Source: Octopus bimaculoides (Eukaryota). Taken from it: DNA of 64,000 nucleotides. The stretch is taken from assembly GCF_001194135.2 (NCBI RefSeq), contig NC_068999.1, positions 33,234,501 through 33,298,500 on the forward strand, given 5' to 3'. This document shows positions 24,493 to 37,439 of this stretch, in pieces. Both the position numbers and the translations under genes were made by a program. A model generated the notes under the pieces. That model was not told the origin of the DNA and searched no databases. It was given only the letters and a program-made list of their open reading frames with translations. How positions within the stretch are numbered: position 1 is the stretch's first letter; each line of letters begins with the position of its first letter.

Positions 24493-24528
24493 CTTTTACC
24501 TTTCGAGCCTACGCCCTTCAACAGAAAG
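24493..24528 (-). ncRNA. Degenerate minimal hammerhead motif in the PLE terminal repeat
   Basis: CUUU-CUGUUGA-A-GGGC(GUAG)GCUC-GAAA-GGUA-AAAG; core A6 is U and stem III is mutated. A more decayed copy lies near 20680-20710. Confidence 0.55.
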
Positions 24529-24700
24529 GAACACGAGAAAATAAAGAGAGAGAATAAAAAAACTTTTGGATTTAGCGGTTAAGCATGGTGACTGATTAGA
24601 GAAAAAGTTTGAAAGAAGGGGAGATAATAAAGTATTGGTGATCCCAAAACGAAGTGTATGTGTGTAGATAGGGGCTAGTGACTTCTGCGTGTGTGTTGTG

Positions 24701-24734
<34 letters not shown>

Positions 24735-25447
24735 ATGCGCGCGCGCGCGTGTATGTAAGTATGTGCGTCTGTAACGTGTGGATACTCATATAGTGGTATG
24801 TGCGGTGACGCTATTGAAGATTGTGTGTGAGCGTGTGGATGATGGTGTGTGGTGTGGGTGCTGAGAAGTGGTCAGTGCTAATGTGTGTGCATGTGTAAGT
24901 GTGTGTGCATGTGTAAGTGTGTAAGTCTATACATACATACAAAATGCACTTATGTACACATATCTCATCATTGTGAAGTTTTACGTATCTTACGCATACT
25001 TTTTGCGCATATATTATGGAATTGCGGGTATTTTGCACACATATTTTACATGTTGTCTACATATTTCTTATACATATATTTTAACGTAGAGTTTACAAAT
25101 CATTTACACATATCTTAACGTCGAGGTTGTAAAATTTCGCGGTTGTTGAATGGTAAGTTCATCTATATCATATAATGTCCTGGGTATATGTAATGTTCAT
25201 ATATTTGTGTGCTGAGGCAGCTCAGTATGAGGGCATGTGTCTTTTATGCATAGAGTTCATATGATGCATATAGTTAATGTTCATAGTCAGAGAAGGAAAC
25301 CTATCCAGGTTATTGTGATTTTACGTGCCTTTTCGTGTTTTAATCCACAATGGAGACGAACGCCTATCATGTGATAGGCGTGATAATTGTCAAAGGTTTC
25401 TTTAACACGAAACCATTGGTAGCCTTAATTAATAGAATTTGTTAGCG

Positions 25448-25520
25448 GGCAGTTTAGCTTAAAGGTAAAGCACTTTGACCCATAATCACGGAGATGTGAG
25501 TTCGAGTCTCATGGCTGGCC
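25448..25520 (+). tRNA. tRNA-Met(CAT)-like pseudogene or element with an extended acceptor stem
   Basis: Manual cloverleaf: D stem GCTT/AAGC, anticodon loop CCCATAA, T arm GTGAG-TTCGAGT-CTCAT. Mismatches in the acceptor and anticodon stems and C33 argue against a functional tRNA. Confidence 0.5.
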
Positions 25521-26084
25521 GCTAACAAATTTTTCTGCAATATAAGGATGATTTATCCTATTTTGTGTTATTCAGTATTATTATTCTGCGTTTGAGAATA
25601 AAATATTTCCATGTCTGTCTGTCTGTCTGTATGTATGTATATATTTGAAGCAAGAGTTGTTACATTTTTCTGCTACACACAGACGCACACACACACACAT
25701 GTGTGTATGCGTGTGTGTGTATATATATATGTATGTATTATAATCTATCTATCTATCTATCTCTCTCTCTATATATAAAAGTTCAATTAGAGGTTAAATA
25801 AACCTCATTAAGGGATAGTAATATCCAATGAATTTACTAGTTTATTACCTCTATTACTTGTTTTGAATATTAATTTTAATACTCATAAATTATAGGTAAT
25901 TAGATAAACCGATGTTTATATTTATTTAAGAAAAATAAGAAAATAGAGATTAATTAATTAATAATTATATAGGGATTATGTCTATTTTTGCAATTAATAA
26001 ATATAATTATTAATTGATTAATGTCTATTTTCTTATATATATATATATTTAAGATATATATGTTTATATGAGACAGTCCGACTA

Positions 26085-26215
26085 TGAGATCCGTTCACAA
26101 GGTTTTGGTCATCCAGGGTCTGCTGTAGGAAACACTTGTCCAAGGTGCCACACAGCAGGCCTAAATCCAGAGCCATGTGATTGGAAACCAAAGTTCTTAC
26201 CATATAACCATACCT
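26085..26215 (-). mobile_element. SINE family A head fragment
   Basis: Matches the family A head (CACTTGTCCAAGGTGCCAC...CTTACCATATAACCATACCTG on +). Confidence 0.7.
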
Positions 26216-26659
26216 GCTGCACACATGCATAAATGCACGCACACACACACACACGCGCGCGCACGCACACACACACGCACACATACATATGCATATATAT
26301 ATAAATGTGTTTGTATGTGTGTGCCATCGCACGCGCATACACACACACACAGACACACACACACACACACACACAAATGCACACGGATACACTCGCGCAC
26401 GTGTGTTAGTCTCTATATGCGTGTATGTGTATATGTGTATGCGTGAGTGTGTACATGTTGCGTTTTGCAGAAACAATAAAAGTTCCAGACTAAGTGTATT
26501 GTGTTACATTCCGTGTTCGAATCTCATCACACTTGGCTTTGCCTTTCATTCCTTTGGGCATCGTAAAAATATGATACAGTCAAATACTGGAATCGATCTA
26601 ATCGATAGCGTCGTCTCATAATTTGTGGTCTTGTGCCAGTGTGTCAGTGTTAGTAATCA

Positions 26660-26692
<33 letters not shown>

Positions 26693-26777
26693 TGCGTGCA
26701 TATATATAAATACGTGCATGTGTGTGTGTGTATGTATACATATACACACGTGTATATGAGTGTGTATATGTATATAC

Positions 26778-26813
<36 letters not shown>

Positions 26814-28417
26814 NNNNNNNNNNNNNNNNNNNNNNNNNNNNNNNNNNNNNNNNNNNNNNNNNNNNNNNNNNNNNNNNNNNNNNNNNNNNNNNNNNNNNNN
26901 NNNNNNNNNNNNNNNNNNNNNNNNNNNNNNNNNNNNNNNNNNNNNNNNNNNNNNNNNNNNNNNNNNNNNNNNNNNNNNNNNNNNNNNNNNNNNNNNNNNN
27001 NNNNNNNNNNNNNNNNNNNNNNNNNNNNNNNNNNNNNNNNNNNNNNNNNNNNNNNNNNNNNNNNNNNNNNNNNNNNNNNNNNNNNNNNNNNNNNNNNNNN
27101 NNNNNNNNNNNNNNNNNNNNNNNNNNNNNNNNNNNNNNNNNNNNNNNNNNNNNNNNNNNNNNNNNNNNNNNNNNNNNNNNNNNNNNNNNNNNNNNNNNNN
27201 NNNNNNNNNNATATAGATAGATAGATAGATAGATAGATAGAGAGAGAAGGCGCCAAACACTATTTAGCCCTTTTGTTTTGTCTCTTTTCGTCTTCCTCTC
27301 TTCCCTTTTAATAGGCTTTTTACTGGTTTTATTTGTTATTCTATCTTTTTGTCTCACTGTACCCCTTTGTCTTCGATTCGTTATCTTTCAATATTGGTAT
27401 GTTTCTTGTGTTTGTCTCTCTTTACGACTCTTTTTGTCTGCTTGTCTGCTTGTGTGTATGTGTCTCTCTCACTCTATCAGTTTAAGTCTCACCCCCTTTG
27501 TCACATATTCTTATGTATGTTTCTTTTTCTCTCATTCTTTCTGCATCTCTCTCTCTCATCTGTTGCATCTCGATTTCTCTCACACCCACCCCCTCTACAT
27601 CTATACTATCTCAGATTTCTCTTACCCTTCATATACTTCCCCTTCCACACTTTCATCCTCACTCATTCACTCACTCACTCATTCACCCATTCATTCATTC
27701 TCTCACTCACTCGATCGCTCGCTCACTCACTCGCTCATTCACTCATTCACTCACTCACTCACTCACTCACTCAGTTTATGTCATTTTTCACCCCTCTCTC
27801 TCTTTTTTCCTCCATCCTTTCCTTTTCACCTGGGTTACAGCACTCTTCCACCCCCAACTCCTCTTTCCACGTGCAACCACTCTTCTATATCCCGTCGTTC
27901 CGCGTCCTGTGTGTGTATGTGTGCATACATTCATGTGTGCATACGTATGTATTTATATACGTGAGTATGTGTTTGTCGACTACAACTGATGCCTACAACA
28001 CATGATCACACTAACACCGACACCAGCTGCACAGCACAGCGAGTCATTGCCATTCACAGTCAGACTTGACAGCTAGCTAGTTACGCGAGGGTCAGTCTTG
28101 TGTGGTTTGAACCACATCATCAGCACGAACACAACTGTATTGTCAATAGCCCTTAATATTCACCTCCCTAATACTGCATCACAACCGGTACATTTACAAG
28201 GGTGAGGAAACAACGAAAGACTACCCCACTGGTTTTCTTTCGATATCGGTAATTATTTGGAAGTCTTTCTTCATCTTTAAATTAACACCTAGCAATCGTA
28301 TTTGCGACGATCGTTCATATACATGTGTCAAACACAGAAATATTAAGATATATACGATTAATTACAGGTGTAGAATTGTACCGATCGATATAAATATATA
28401 TTTGTCAACCCTTACAG

Positions 28418-28768
28418 AAGGCGTTGGTGGTCTTAAGTGTGATGTTTTGGGGATTGACTTAATGTTGTTGCTGCAGATGTTGATGTCACAGTAGCTTCTA
28501 TTATTGCAACAGTTGTTATTATTGAAGTTGCTGTCACTGGTTTTGTTCGCCCTGTTATAAATTGCTATTTGTTGACGGTGTTGTGACCTGCATTCGTCAA
28601 GGTGTGACACCGACTCGAAACTATAACCAGCTGAGTGTTTGTACCCGCCACAGAACCAACCATACCATACCATACAACAGTGATGTCGGTTGTTCTTACT
28701 GCTTTCCGCAATTCCAAGACTGCCAAAGCCAAGAAAGAACAACTGAAAAAGAAAAAGACGAAAGATCG
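28418..28768 (+). other. Probable host-gene exon (5' UTR plus start of CDS)
   Basis: Acceptor TTTGTCAACCCTTACAG| at 28417, donor CG|GTAAGT at 28769, non-repetitive sequence, short uORFs before the ATG. Confidence 0.5.
28683..28768 (+). CDS. Candidate first coding segment MSVVLTAFRNSKTAKAKKEQLKKKKTKD(R), phase-2 donor; product unidentified
   Basis: ATG with G at -3, open to a consensus GTAAGT donor; basic Lys-rich N-terminus. No downstream exon could be linked. Confidence 0.45.
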
Positions 28769-28918
28769 GTAAGTCATTTTCCATAAATGTGTATGCATGC
28801 ACGCACGCATGTATGTATGTATGTATGTATGTATGTATGTATGTATGTATGTATGTATACCTCTCTCTCTATTTATATATACACACACACACACATACGT
28901 ACACACACACACGTCTGC

Positions 28919-28970
<52 letters not shown>

Positions 28971-29710
28971 GTGTATGTGCGCGTGGGCGTCTGAAGATTG
29001 AAAGCACCAAACTCGGAGTAATCATTTGTGAAGCTTCAGCCTCATAATATAAATCTCTGTTTATTTATTTTGAGCATATTCTTCTTGCTTACTTGCGTGC
29101 GTGTGCGCGTGTGTGTGTATACACGTGCACCCTGACATGGCAGAGTGGTTTAGAAGTTCGTCTCACAATCATGACATTCTGGATTCGTTTCCACTGCTTG
29201 GCATCTTAGACAAGTGTCTTTTATCATTAGAGCTTTTGGTCTTGCTAAGTTTTAGAAATAACCCTGGGTAGGCAGAAAGTGAGGAACTCCGTCGGGATGC
29301 ACTATAATTGTAATTGAATTGTCTAGTCTTGTCATGCATCGTCACGCTGGTTTCGCATGAGAATTACATGAAGTGTATATGTGTGTGCGGGATACTCAAC
29401 CACACTCACTAAAACTCAGTGAGAAGGCAGTTCACATGATCGAATACTTATATACTGATGGGCTAAAAAGAGATCCACTTACTGCACGGAACTCGCAGCC
29501 CCTGAGACACTTTGTAACTTCTGCTGATTAATAATTACAAAAATAATTGTTTTAGATTTTGGCACAAGGCCTGCACTTTTTTAGGTGAGGGGTCAAGTCG
29601 ACCGTATTGATCCTTAACTGGTACTTTATTTTATCGATACCGAATGGATGAAAGGCAGAATTTGAATTCAACGTCTTAATAGAATTTGAACGTCTTAATA
29701 AAAATAATAA

Positions 29711-29805
<95 letters not shown>

Positions 29806-30294
29806 AAGGTAGAATAACATTTCTTTACTAGTCTTAATTATCGCAACTGTCTAACGAGCGGTTACGTTGAATTTTGAGTAACAGTTGGTGAAGTTTTTTT
29901 TCAATTTTAACAAATTAGTATACATATTTAGACTAATGGACTAAGCGGAGCAAGAGCACACACGAAGACGGAATGTGTCGCTGAAGAGGTCACAGATGTG
30001 TGGCGAAAGATTTCCGGACAATGGACATGAGCTAAAATAAGAACAATAATAAACGAGAGGAGAACGAATATATATATAGTGCGTGTGGTTTATTAGGGGG
30101 GAAATAAATGACCGTCCTGAAATACAATATCTGTTTCAACACAGGAATCTTGCAACACAAATTCATAAATGTGTCAGTATGTATGTGTGTGTGTGTATAC
30201 ACACACACACACACACACACAATACATACATACATATATACAAGTAAGCACATAAAGCAAGGTGGAAAAATAGTATTCGAATACCAAAGATAGA

Positions 30295-30450
30295 GTATGT
30301 GCTGTGTGGTAACGAGTTTGCTTCCCAACCATAAGGTTCCGTGTTCAGTCCTACTGCGTGGTACCTTGGGCAAATATATCTTCTCCTGTAGCCTCGAGCC
30401 GATCAGTCTTGTGAGTGGATTTGGTAGACGGAAACTGAAAGAAGCCTGTC

Positions 30451-30455
<5 letters not shown>
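30295..30455 (+). mobile_element. SINE family A 5' part
   Basis: GCTGTGTGGTAA...TGCTTCCCAACC...GGATTTGGTAGACGGAAACTGAAAGAAGCC. Confidence 0.8.
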
Positions 30456-30522
<67 letters not shown>

Positions 30523-30845
30523 CCAGACACGTTACAGATTAGACTTCATTAAATAATGTACCGGTAAATAAAAACCAAGTTCTCAAAGTAGAATGACCGA
30601 AGAAGAACTGGGTGGATTTGCTACTTCCATCAAATCTGAAACCTTTTTGCTGTCAGTCCTAGAATGCACGTTGTCATTATTATTGTCCAAATAACATAAC
30701 AAGGGATTTTATCTTCAGAGAGATATCTGAATCCAGCTGTTATTTTCGTCAGCACTATTGTTATGTTGCCATTTTTTGTTGTGAAGCTCAGATTAAACAG
30801 TCTCAACCATGTCCACTTTATCCTTTATTCAGACATGACATATAT

Positions 30846-31017
30846 CAGTGCTCCGCAACCTTTTTCCTCTTGCGGTACACTTATAGTCTTTTCAAAATTC
30901 AGCACCACAACTAAAATTATAACTAAAAGTATTGGGAAAAAAATTATATTCACGCTACACTGCAGCACACCTAGCATCCACACCAGTGTGCTGTGGCATA
31001 CCGGCTGCGGAGCACTG
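30846..31017. mobile_element. hAT-type MITE
   Basis: TIRs CAGTGCTCCGCAACC / GGCTGCGGAGCACTG; decayed 8-bp TSD (ACATATAT vs ATATGTAC). Confidence 0.75.
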
Positions 31018-32164
31018 ATATGTACAAGACAGGGCTATTCAGTGTGTCCTTTACTTTTGAACGATGTGTAATTGAAGAAGATTTGACTGCTATTTCTAAC
31101 AAGTTGAGCGACCACTAAAAGGTTCACTGTCCGGTACCTATTGCTAATGCAATTATGGTTATTGTTGCGTTTGTTATTGCTCTTTGTTGATGTCTAAATA
31201 GCTCTGGTCACGTATTGTTACAGGAACGAGTGTCCGTTGTGAACACTATGATACTGGACAGTGCTGGATTGTCTGCATGATATTGTTACAACTGCAACAT
31301 GCACACACTGGTATATATTTATACACACACATACACAGAGTAGACACATGAATGTTGTCATGTTTCAGCACACAGGAACATAAACATGCATACATACAGG
31401 CGCATGATCACACATACACAAACATATTGGCACGCGTTTAAAACACATACACACAAACCTATTAACACATATAGACACAAACACTACCCCGTATACACAC
31501 ACGCACATCCGCCACACAAACAGACGTTTCTACATATAGACAACAAACATTTAAACACTTAGGCGCACGTTTAGACAATCAGTCGATATAGTCGCACAGG
31601 CACCCGTTGGCTATACAGGTAGGCGTTTAGTCTCACAGAGACAGACGTTATACACGCACATACATGTCTAGATACAATGCTATACGTCTAAATACAGACA
31701 GTACATAAGCATACACTCAAACATGCATATAAGTGTACACACATGCACATTGTTACCGAGAGAAAATACATGTATAATATGTCGTATCTGTTTATCGATA
31801 GACACAAATGCAATCTATAAACACATTGTGCTCTCTCTCACACACACGTACTTTTAGTGATAACAACAACACTGATGCAGCAAGCTTTATCTCGACGTCG
31901 TGCATAACCTACAGTAGGTATAGCAATATCTGAACTGTGCTTAAATAACAACAGTAGATGCAACACTATCAAGACTTGGTGTATGATAATAATAATATAT
32001 AGACTGTGTATACAGTAAATATCACAGTATCGAATTGAGTGTATAATAATTTAATTAAATATAGCAATATTGAATTGGATGTATAGTAATTATAGCAGAT
32101 ATGGCACTGTCAGACTGGGTTCCATTTGAAGCATGGATATACTATGTTCAAACTGAGACAAGAG

Positions 32165-32660
32165 CACAAAAATTAGAAATAGCTATGATACCCTCAGCAA
32201 TTGTAAACATCATTTATGTATGACACTCTCTACAGAAATAAACATTATCACATGATACCATCTATAATTATAAATGCTATCACATAATAACTACCACCCT
32301 TTAGTTATAAAAATTATCATGCAGGTATGATATCATCTATAGATGGAAACAATATTACATTTGTATGACACCATCTTTAGTAATGAACATTATTGCATAA
32401 GTATGATACCCTTACATTATCACATATGTATGTTATCACATATAGTGAAAAACACCATCGTATAGGTATGATACCCTAATAGTTATAAACATTATCACAT
32501 AGGTATGATACCCCTGATAAGTGTAAATATTGCACATCTATGATACCACCTACAGTTATAAACATTGTTACATATGTATTTGATATCAGCTTTAGTGAAA
32601 AACATTATAACTTATTTATGATATTGCTATAAATATTAGCATACATGTATGTTATCCCTA
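32165..32660. repeat. Degenerate ~38-bp AT-rich minisatellite
   Basis: Recurrent TATGATACC...AGTTATAAACATTATCACAT units. Confidence 0.75.
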
Positions 32661-33542
32661 TAATTATAAGCATTATAACACAACCCTCGAAAGGAACAAT
32701 AAAATACCCAGTATTATCAAATAGTGTTGAGGTTTGTGAATTATGTTTTCGCACATCCAATATTTTCACAACTTACACCTAACTATATACTTGTTGCACA
32801 ATATTGCATGTGATGCGACATTGTGCATCATAACAATCATACATATTACATATAATGCATGTATTCATGCATATACACACACACATACATACATACAAAC
32901 ATACATACATACATACATACAAACATATTCTTTATTCTGTTTGTGTTATCAGTCATTGGACTGCTGCCATACTGGCACATTGCCTTCAAGAGTTTAGTCG
33001 ATAATACAGTGACAGCTGTAGTGATAGTAGCTATAACACAGAGAACTATGACACAAACAGCCACAGTAACACTTAAATTACCACCCTCCTGCATCACACT
33101 GTACTGTGGAAACAACAAAAATTTCCTTCTGTGTATGTAGTTGTATATGCATATATACATACATGACGATCATGATGATGGCTGTCCGGTCATGTCTTAG
33201 GAAGTCCATCACTAACCATTAGGAGCATGATGCATTCAGTCAAATTTATACTTTACACTTGTGGCTCCACTGATAACTAATGAGCCAATCTCTTCATAAA
33301 CATACATGCCTGCTGGTATTGTAGACCAAGCTTCCTCCCATTCACTACACTGTCAGTGTGTTTTCAAACAGCTCGCTTAAATTCATCATTCTGTTTTGAA
33401 AATATCCACTCTTTCCTTTACTTATTTCTGCTACTGGTGGCAATAGCAAGCATTGCTTTCCCAATTGACCTCTCATATTTCATATGCCTTCAACAAGGAT
33501 TTTACACAATCTTATACATGCATATATAATTGTGCGTGTGTA

Positions 33543-33593
<51 letters not shown>

Positions 33594-33887
33594 NNNNNNN
33601 NNNNNNNNNNNNNNNNNNNNNNNNNNNNNNNNNNNNNNNNNNNNNNNNNNNNNNNNNNNNNNNNNNNNNNNNNNNNNNNNNNNNNNNNNNNNNNNNNNNN
33701 NNNNNNNNNNNNNNNNNNNNNNNNNNNNNNNNNNNNNNNNNNNNNNNNNNNNNNNNNNNNNNNNNNNNNNNNNNNNNNNNNNNNNNNNNNNNNNNNNNNN
33801 NNNNNNNNNNNNNNNNNNNNNNNNNNNNNNNNNNNNNNNNNNNNNNNNNNNNNNNNNNNNNNNNNNNNNNNNNNNNNNNNNNNNNNN

Positions 33888-33923
<36 letters not shown>

Positions 33924-34723
33924 CAAGGGGGTACCCAAAAGTAACCAGAAACGTTCTCTGTGGGACAAGCCTGTTGTAGTTTGGGCTTCCAGAAGCCACT
34001 TGATGCAACCCTCAGGCATCAGTCTGCTGACTGGCATTGTCTAGTGGAGTTGTACTGCCACATGATGCATCTTTGTTTTGCAGTGCTTCTCCCCTGAAAT
34101 TCTGTTTTCTGTTGGGGAAAACAGTGTTTGAAACAGTTGTCATGCTTCAAACAGCTTAGCAGGACACTACCATGAGCAAAACACAAGTTTACGAGTGGTT
34201 TTCATGCTTTAGGAATGGTCACTTGTCACTTGAAGACCAACCTCATCTAGGACGTTCATCGTCCTCCCGAACGAATGAAAACATCACAAAAATTCATGAG
34301 GACTGTCACTGAACAATTGACAAACTTGTTGATATGATTGCTGTGTCCTGGAGATCCTGCCAACAGATTTTGAATGAGGAATTGTGAATGAAAAGAGTTG
34401 CAGCAAAATTTGTGCCTCAACTTAATACATGTTGTGAACTGAAAGAACAGTTGGAAGATGATCCAGACCTTTTTTTGAAAGTCATCACTGGTGACGAAAG
34501 CTGGTGATATGGAATTTGCAGATGTGGAAGAGGTGAAGAAAAAAACGACAGAGGCGTTAAAAAGCATCTTCACAAGAGTTCCAGCACTGCTTCAAACAGT
34601 GGAAAACTCATTTGGACTGATGCATTGTTTTAAATGGAGAATACTTTGAAGGCAATAAAAGTATAAACATGCAAAACTAAGTGAATAAAATAATATTGCA
34701 AAGTTCCAGTTTCTTTTGGGTAC
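33924..34723 (+). mobile_element. Mariner transposon, internally deleted
   Basis: TA|CAAGGGGGTACCCAAAAGTAACC left TIR and TTTCTTTTGGGTAC right TIR remnant; transposase remnant MSKTQVYEWF..., AAKFVP, KVITGDESW. Confidence 0.9.
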
Positions 34724-35400
34724 ATCATCACCATCATTTAATGTCCATTGTTCATGCTGGCATGGACTGGACAGTGTGAGAGAGGAGCTGGCCAGCTGAA
34801 GAACTGCCTGGGCTCCATGTCTGTTTTGGCATGGTTTCTATGGCTGGATGCCCTTCCTAATGCCAACCACTTTACAGTGTGTGCTGGGTGTTTATATATA
34901 AATCTGGGCACTTATATATTAATCATGGTTTATAATCATTCAAAAGTAAGTAAGAAAATGGAGATATAACTTTTAATAAAAATGTATTATCTGCAAAAAT
35001 CAAACACAGTCCCATACAACTGTTTCAATTAAGCCTAATAAATTAAACAGCAATGATTAAAATCATTATATTAGGCAGAATTTCTTCAGAGGGGTAGAAA
35101 AAGATTTTGCCAAATATAATGATTTTAGTAATTGCTATTTNNNNNNNNNNNNNNNNNNNNNNNNNNNNNNNNNNNNNNNNNNNNNNNNNNNNNNNNNNNN
35201 NNNNNNNNNNNNNTGTGTGTATGTATGTATAAGATCAGGCTGGGTGTGAAGTTGGGATATTTCTGGAGAAGCACTTGACCTCAATAATAGGCTATCAACA
35301 CTGTCAGGATCAATTAAAGGTATCTAACAACCTATCTATAGATATGCATGCATGTCTAGTTATAAAATACTGTGTATACATATAATTTCAAAGCTATATG

Positions 35401-35450
<50 letters not shown>

Positions 35451-35869
35451 TACATAAATACATACACACACACATGCATACATATGTATATACATACATG
35501 CACACATACACATACACACACGTCTTTATAGCCTTTATCTATCCCATTATAAAGTTTATGTATATACAAGTACAAATTTGTATATGTAATTATATGTATG
35601 TATATATATATGTGTGGATATGTATGTATATCGATGGATATCATCATCGTCATCATCATCATCATCATCATTTAACGTCCATTGTCCATGCTGGCATGGG
35701 TTTGAGACGGTTTTACCAGATTTGGTAAGCTGGAAGGCTGCACCAAACTCCAGTCTGATTTGGTATGATTTCTACTGCTGGATGCCCTTCCTAATGCCAA
35801 CCACTCAGTGAATGTAATGTCTGCTTTTATGTGCCACTATGCAACTTTATGTGCCATCATACAATCTGC

Positions 35870-36520
35870 CTTTCACTCTGAGAGAGAAACCCTATGTTGC
35901 CAGTAGAGGTAGGAGCTCTCTGAACTTTGCCCAGCTTAATCTTATTCTCATTGCTATGCTCTCGGAGCATCCACCTCTGCTACTAACTTGGTCACCTAGA
36001 TAATGGAAGCTATCTACTACCTCTAGCTTACCCTACTGACCGTTAATAGAGTCTATTTTCTGTACATATTCAGTGTTTTTTGTACCTGTGCATCTTCCAC
36101 ACACAAAAGCTATTTTCCCTGTTAACCTTTCTCTGATATTGCTGCACCTCTTATGTGTCCAAAGCTTACACTGGGTGCATCTTATGGAGTTTCTACCCAT
36201 GCCTTTTCTACAGATTGAGCAGAGCCATCTACCTGAAGGGATTTGTGATTTGTCTACCTTCCTACTTACTAAGACTTTGGTTTTTGCTAGGTTAACTCTA
36301 AGGCCTTTCAATTCTAGACAATGCTTCCATACCTGGAACTTCTTCTCTAGTTCTGGTAGTAATTTAGCTATAAGAACAATGTCATCAGCATAGAGGAGCT
36401 CCCAGGGGCAGCCTGTCTTAAATTGTTCTGTTATTGCCTGGAGGACTATGATGAACAAGGGGTGTGGAGTGGCTGAGGATCAATCCTTGGTGAACCCCTA
36501 CTTGTACCCTGAATTCTTTG
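35870..36520 (-). mobile_element. RTE-clade LINE RT fragment
   Basis: ORF 36033-36458: LFIIVLQAIT...WELLYADDIVL...VNLAKTKVL followed by a Cys-rich CSICRK..CTQCKLWTHKRC..CGRC finger. Confidence 0.9.
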
Positions 36521-37379
36521 CTGTACTTGTTGCCAACAAATATATATTTATGTATATATGTGTATATATTTATATTTATATATGTGTATATGTTTATATA
36601 TGTATATTTGTTCTAAGAACATCAATGTTTAAATGGGGATATTACCGCTTAAGATTAACACTGCCTCTGTCACTAATATATATTCTTTAACAAGCATACT
36701 GGCTAATGTAATAGCAGCACCTGTTCTGGCACTGTTTTTCTATTTATCGCTGGCAGAGAGAAAAGTTGCTGTTATCTCTAGCAGCTGAGTGTCCATCATT
36801 GATGAGACCATGGAAGGTAGAAATCATGTGATCTGGTGGTCTCAGCACTGGAAATGGCAAGATTTACCTTTCCGTTAGCGATATAAATAAGCGTGCATTT
36901 TGCACCAAAAGCCAATAAGAGAGTTTCTCTTGTAGTTTCTACTGCAGTATAGTTTGTTCTAACAGAACATCCACATTTAAGTGGGCAGAAGTGTTACATC
37001 TTTGCTGCCAAATGTTTTTTTTCCCCATTAGTGTCATGCATCACCAATCACATGTTGATTAGTTGCAGTCAAATTTTGTGTTGGGTTTTTATATTTTCTT
37101 CAGTCTCTAGCCAGTGTTAATTTTTTGATGTGTATGTTTGAATGTTAATTTTGGCATTGTATTACAATATGAGTGTGGTTTCCATAATTAATCTTTATAT
37201 TTTTTTCTGCAATTTTTATAAAGTATTTTCTTCTAGTAGTTCCCTGTCTAGTTTCACTTTGTGATGTAATGTTGCACAATAGCTCTATGTTGCAAGTGCA
37301 TGGTGAGTATGTTGTACTGGTTAATCCAGCTTAACAGCTCGTGTTCCAAAGTTTGCAAACCTAATAGTCAAAATTTGTG

Positions 37380-37412
<33 letters not shown>

Positions 37413-37439
37413 GTGCGTGAGTGTGTGCGTGTATATATA

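Larger units (their letters stand above)
20586..24888 (-). mobile_element. Penelope-like retroelement, near full length and degenerate, with direct terminal repeats (20586-21080 and 24409-24888)
   Basis: RT and GIY-YIG remnants between two ~480-bp direct repeats sharing AGTTGAAATTTATAGAAAA...GTGGTCAGTGCTA. Confidence 0.93.

Noticed and set aside
27278-28005. Three overlapping 160-230-aa ORFs (LTHS repeats)
   Set aside because: CT/TCAC simple repeats lacking purine-rich stop codons.
28362-28802. Minus-strand 146-aa Cys-containing ORF (CCNNRSYCDINIC), superficially Ly6/toxin-like, with apparent splice sites
   Set aside because: Cys spacing does not fit a three-finger fold. The low T content of that strand explains the lack of stops, and the pyrimidine tract is the antisense of the plus-strand Lys codons. 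Not fully excluded without RNA data.
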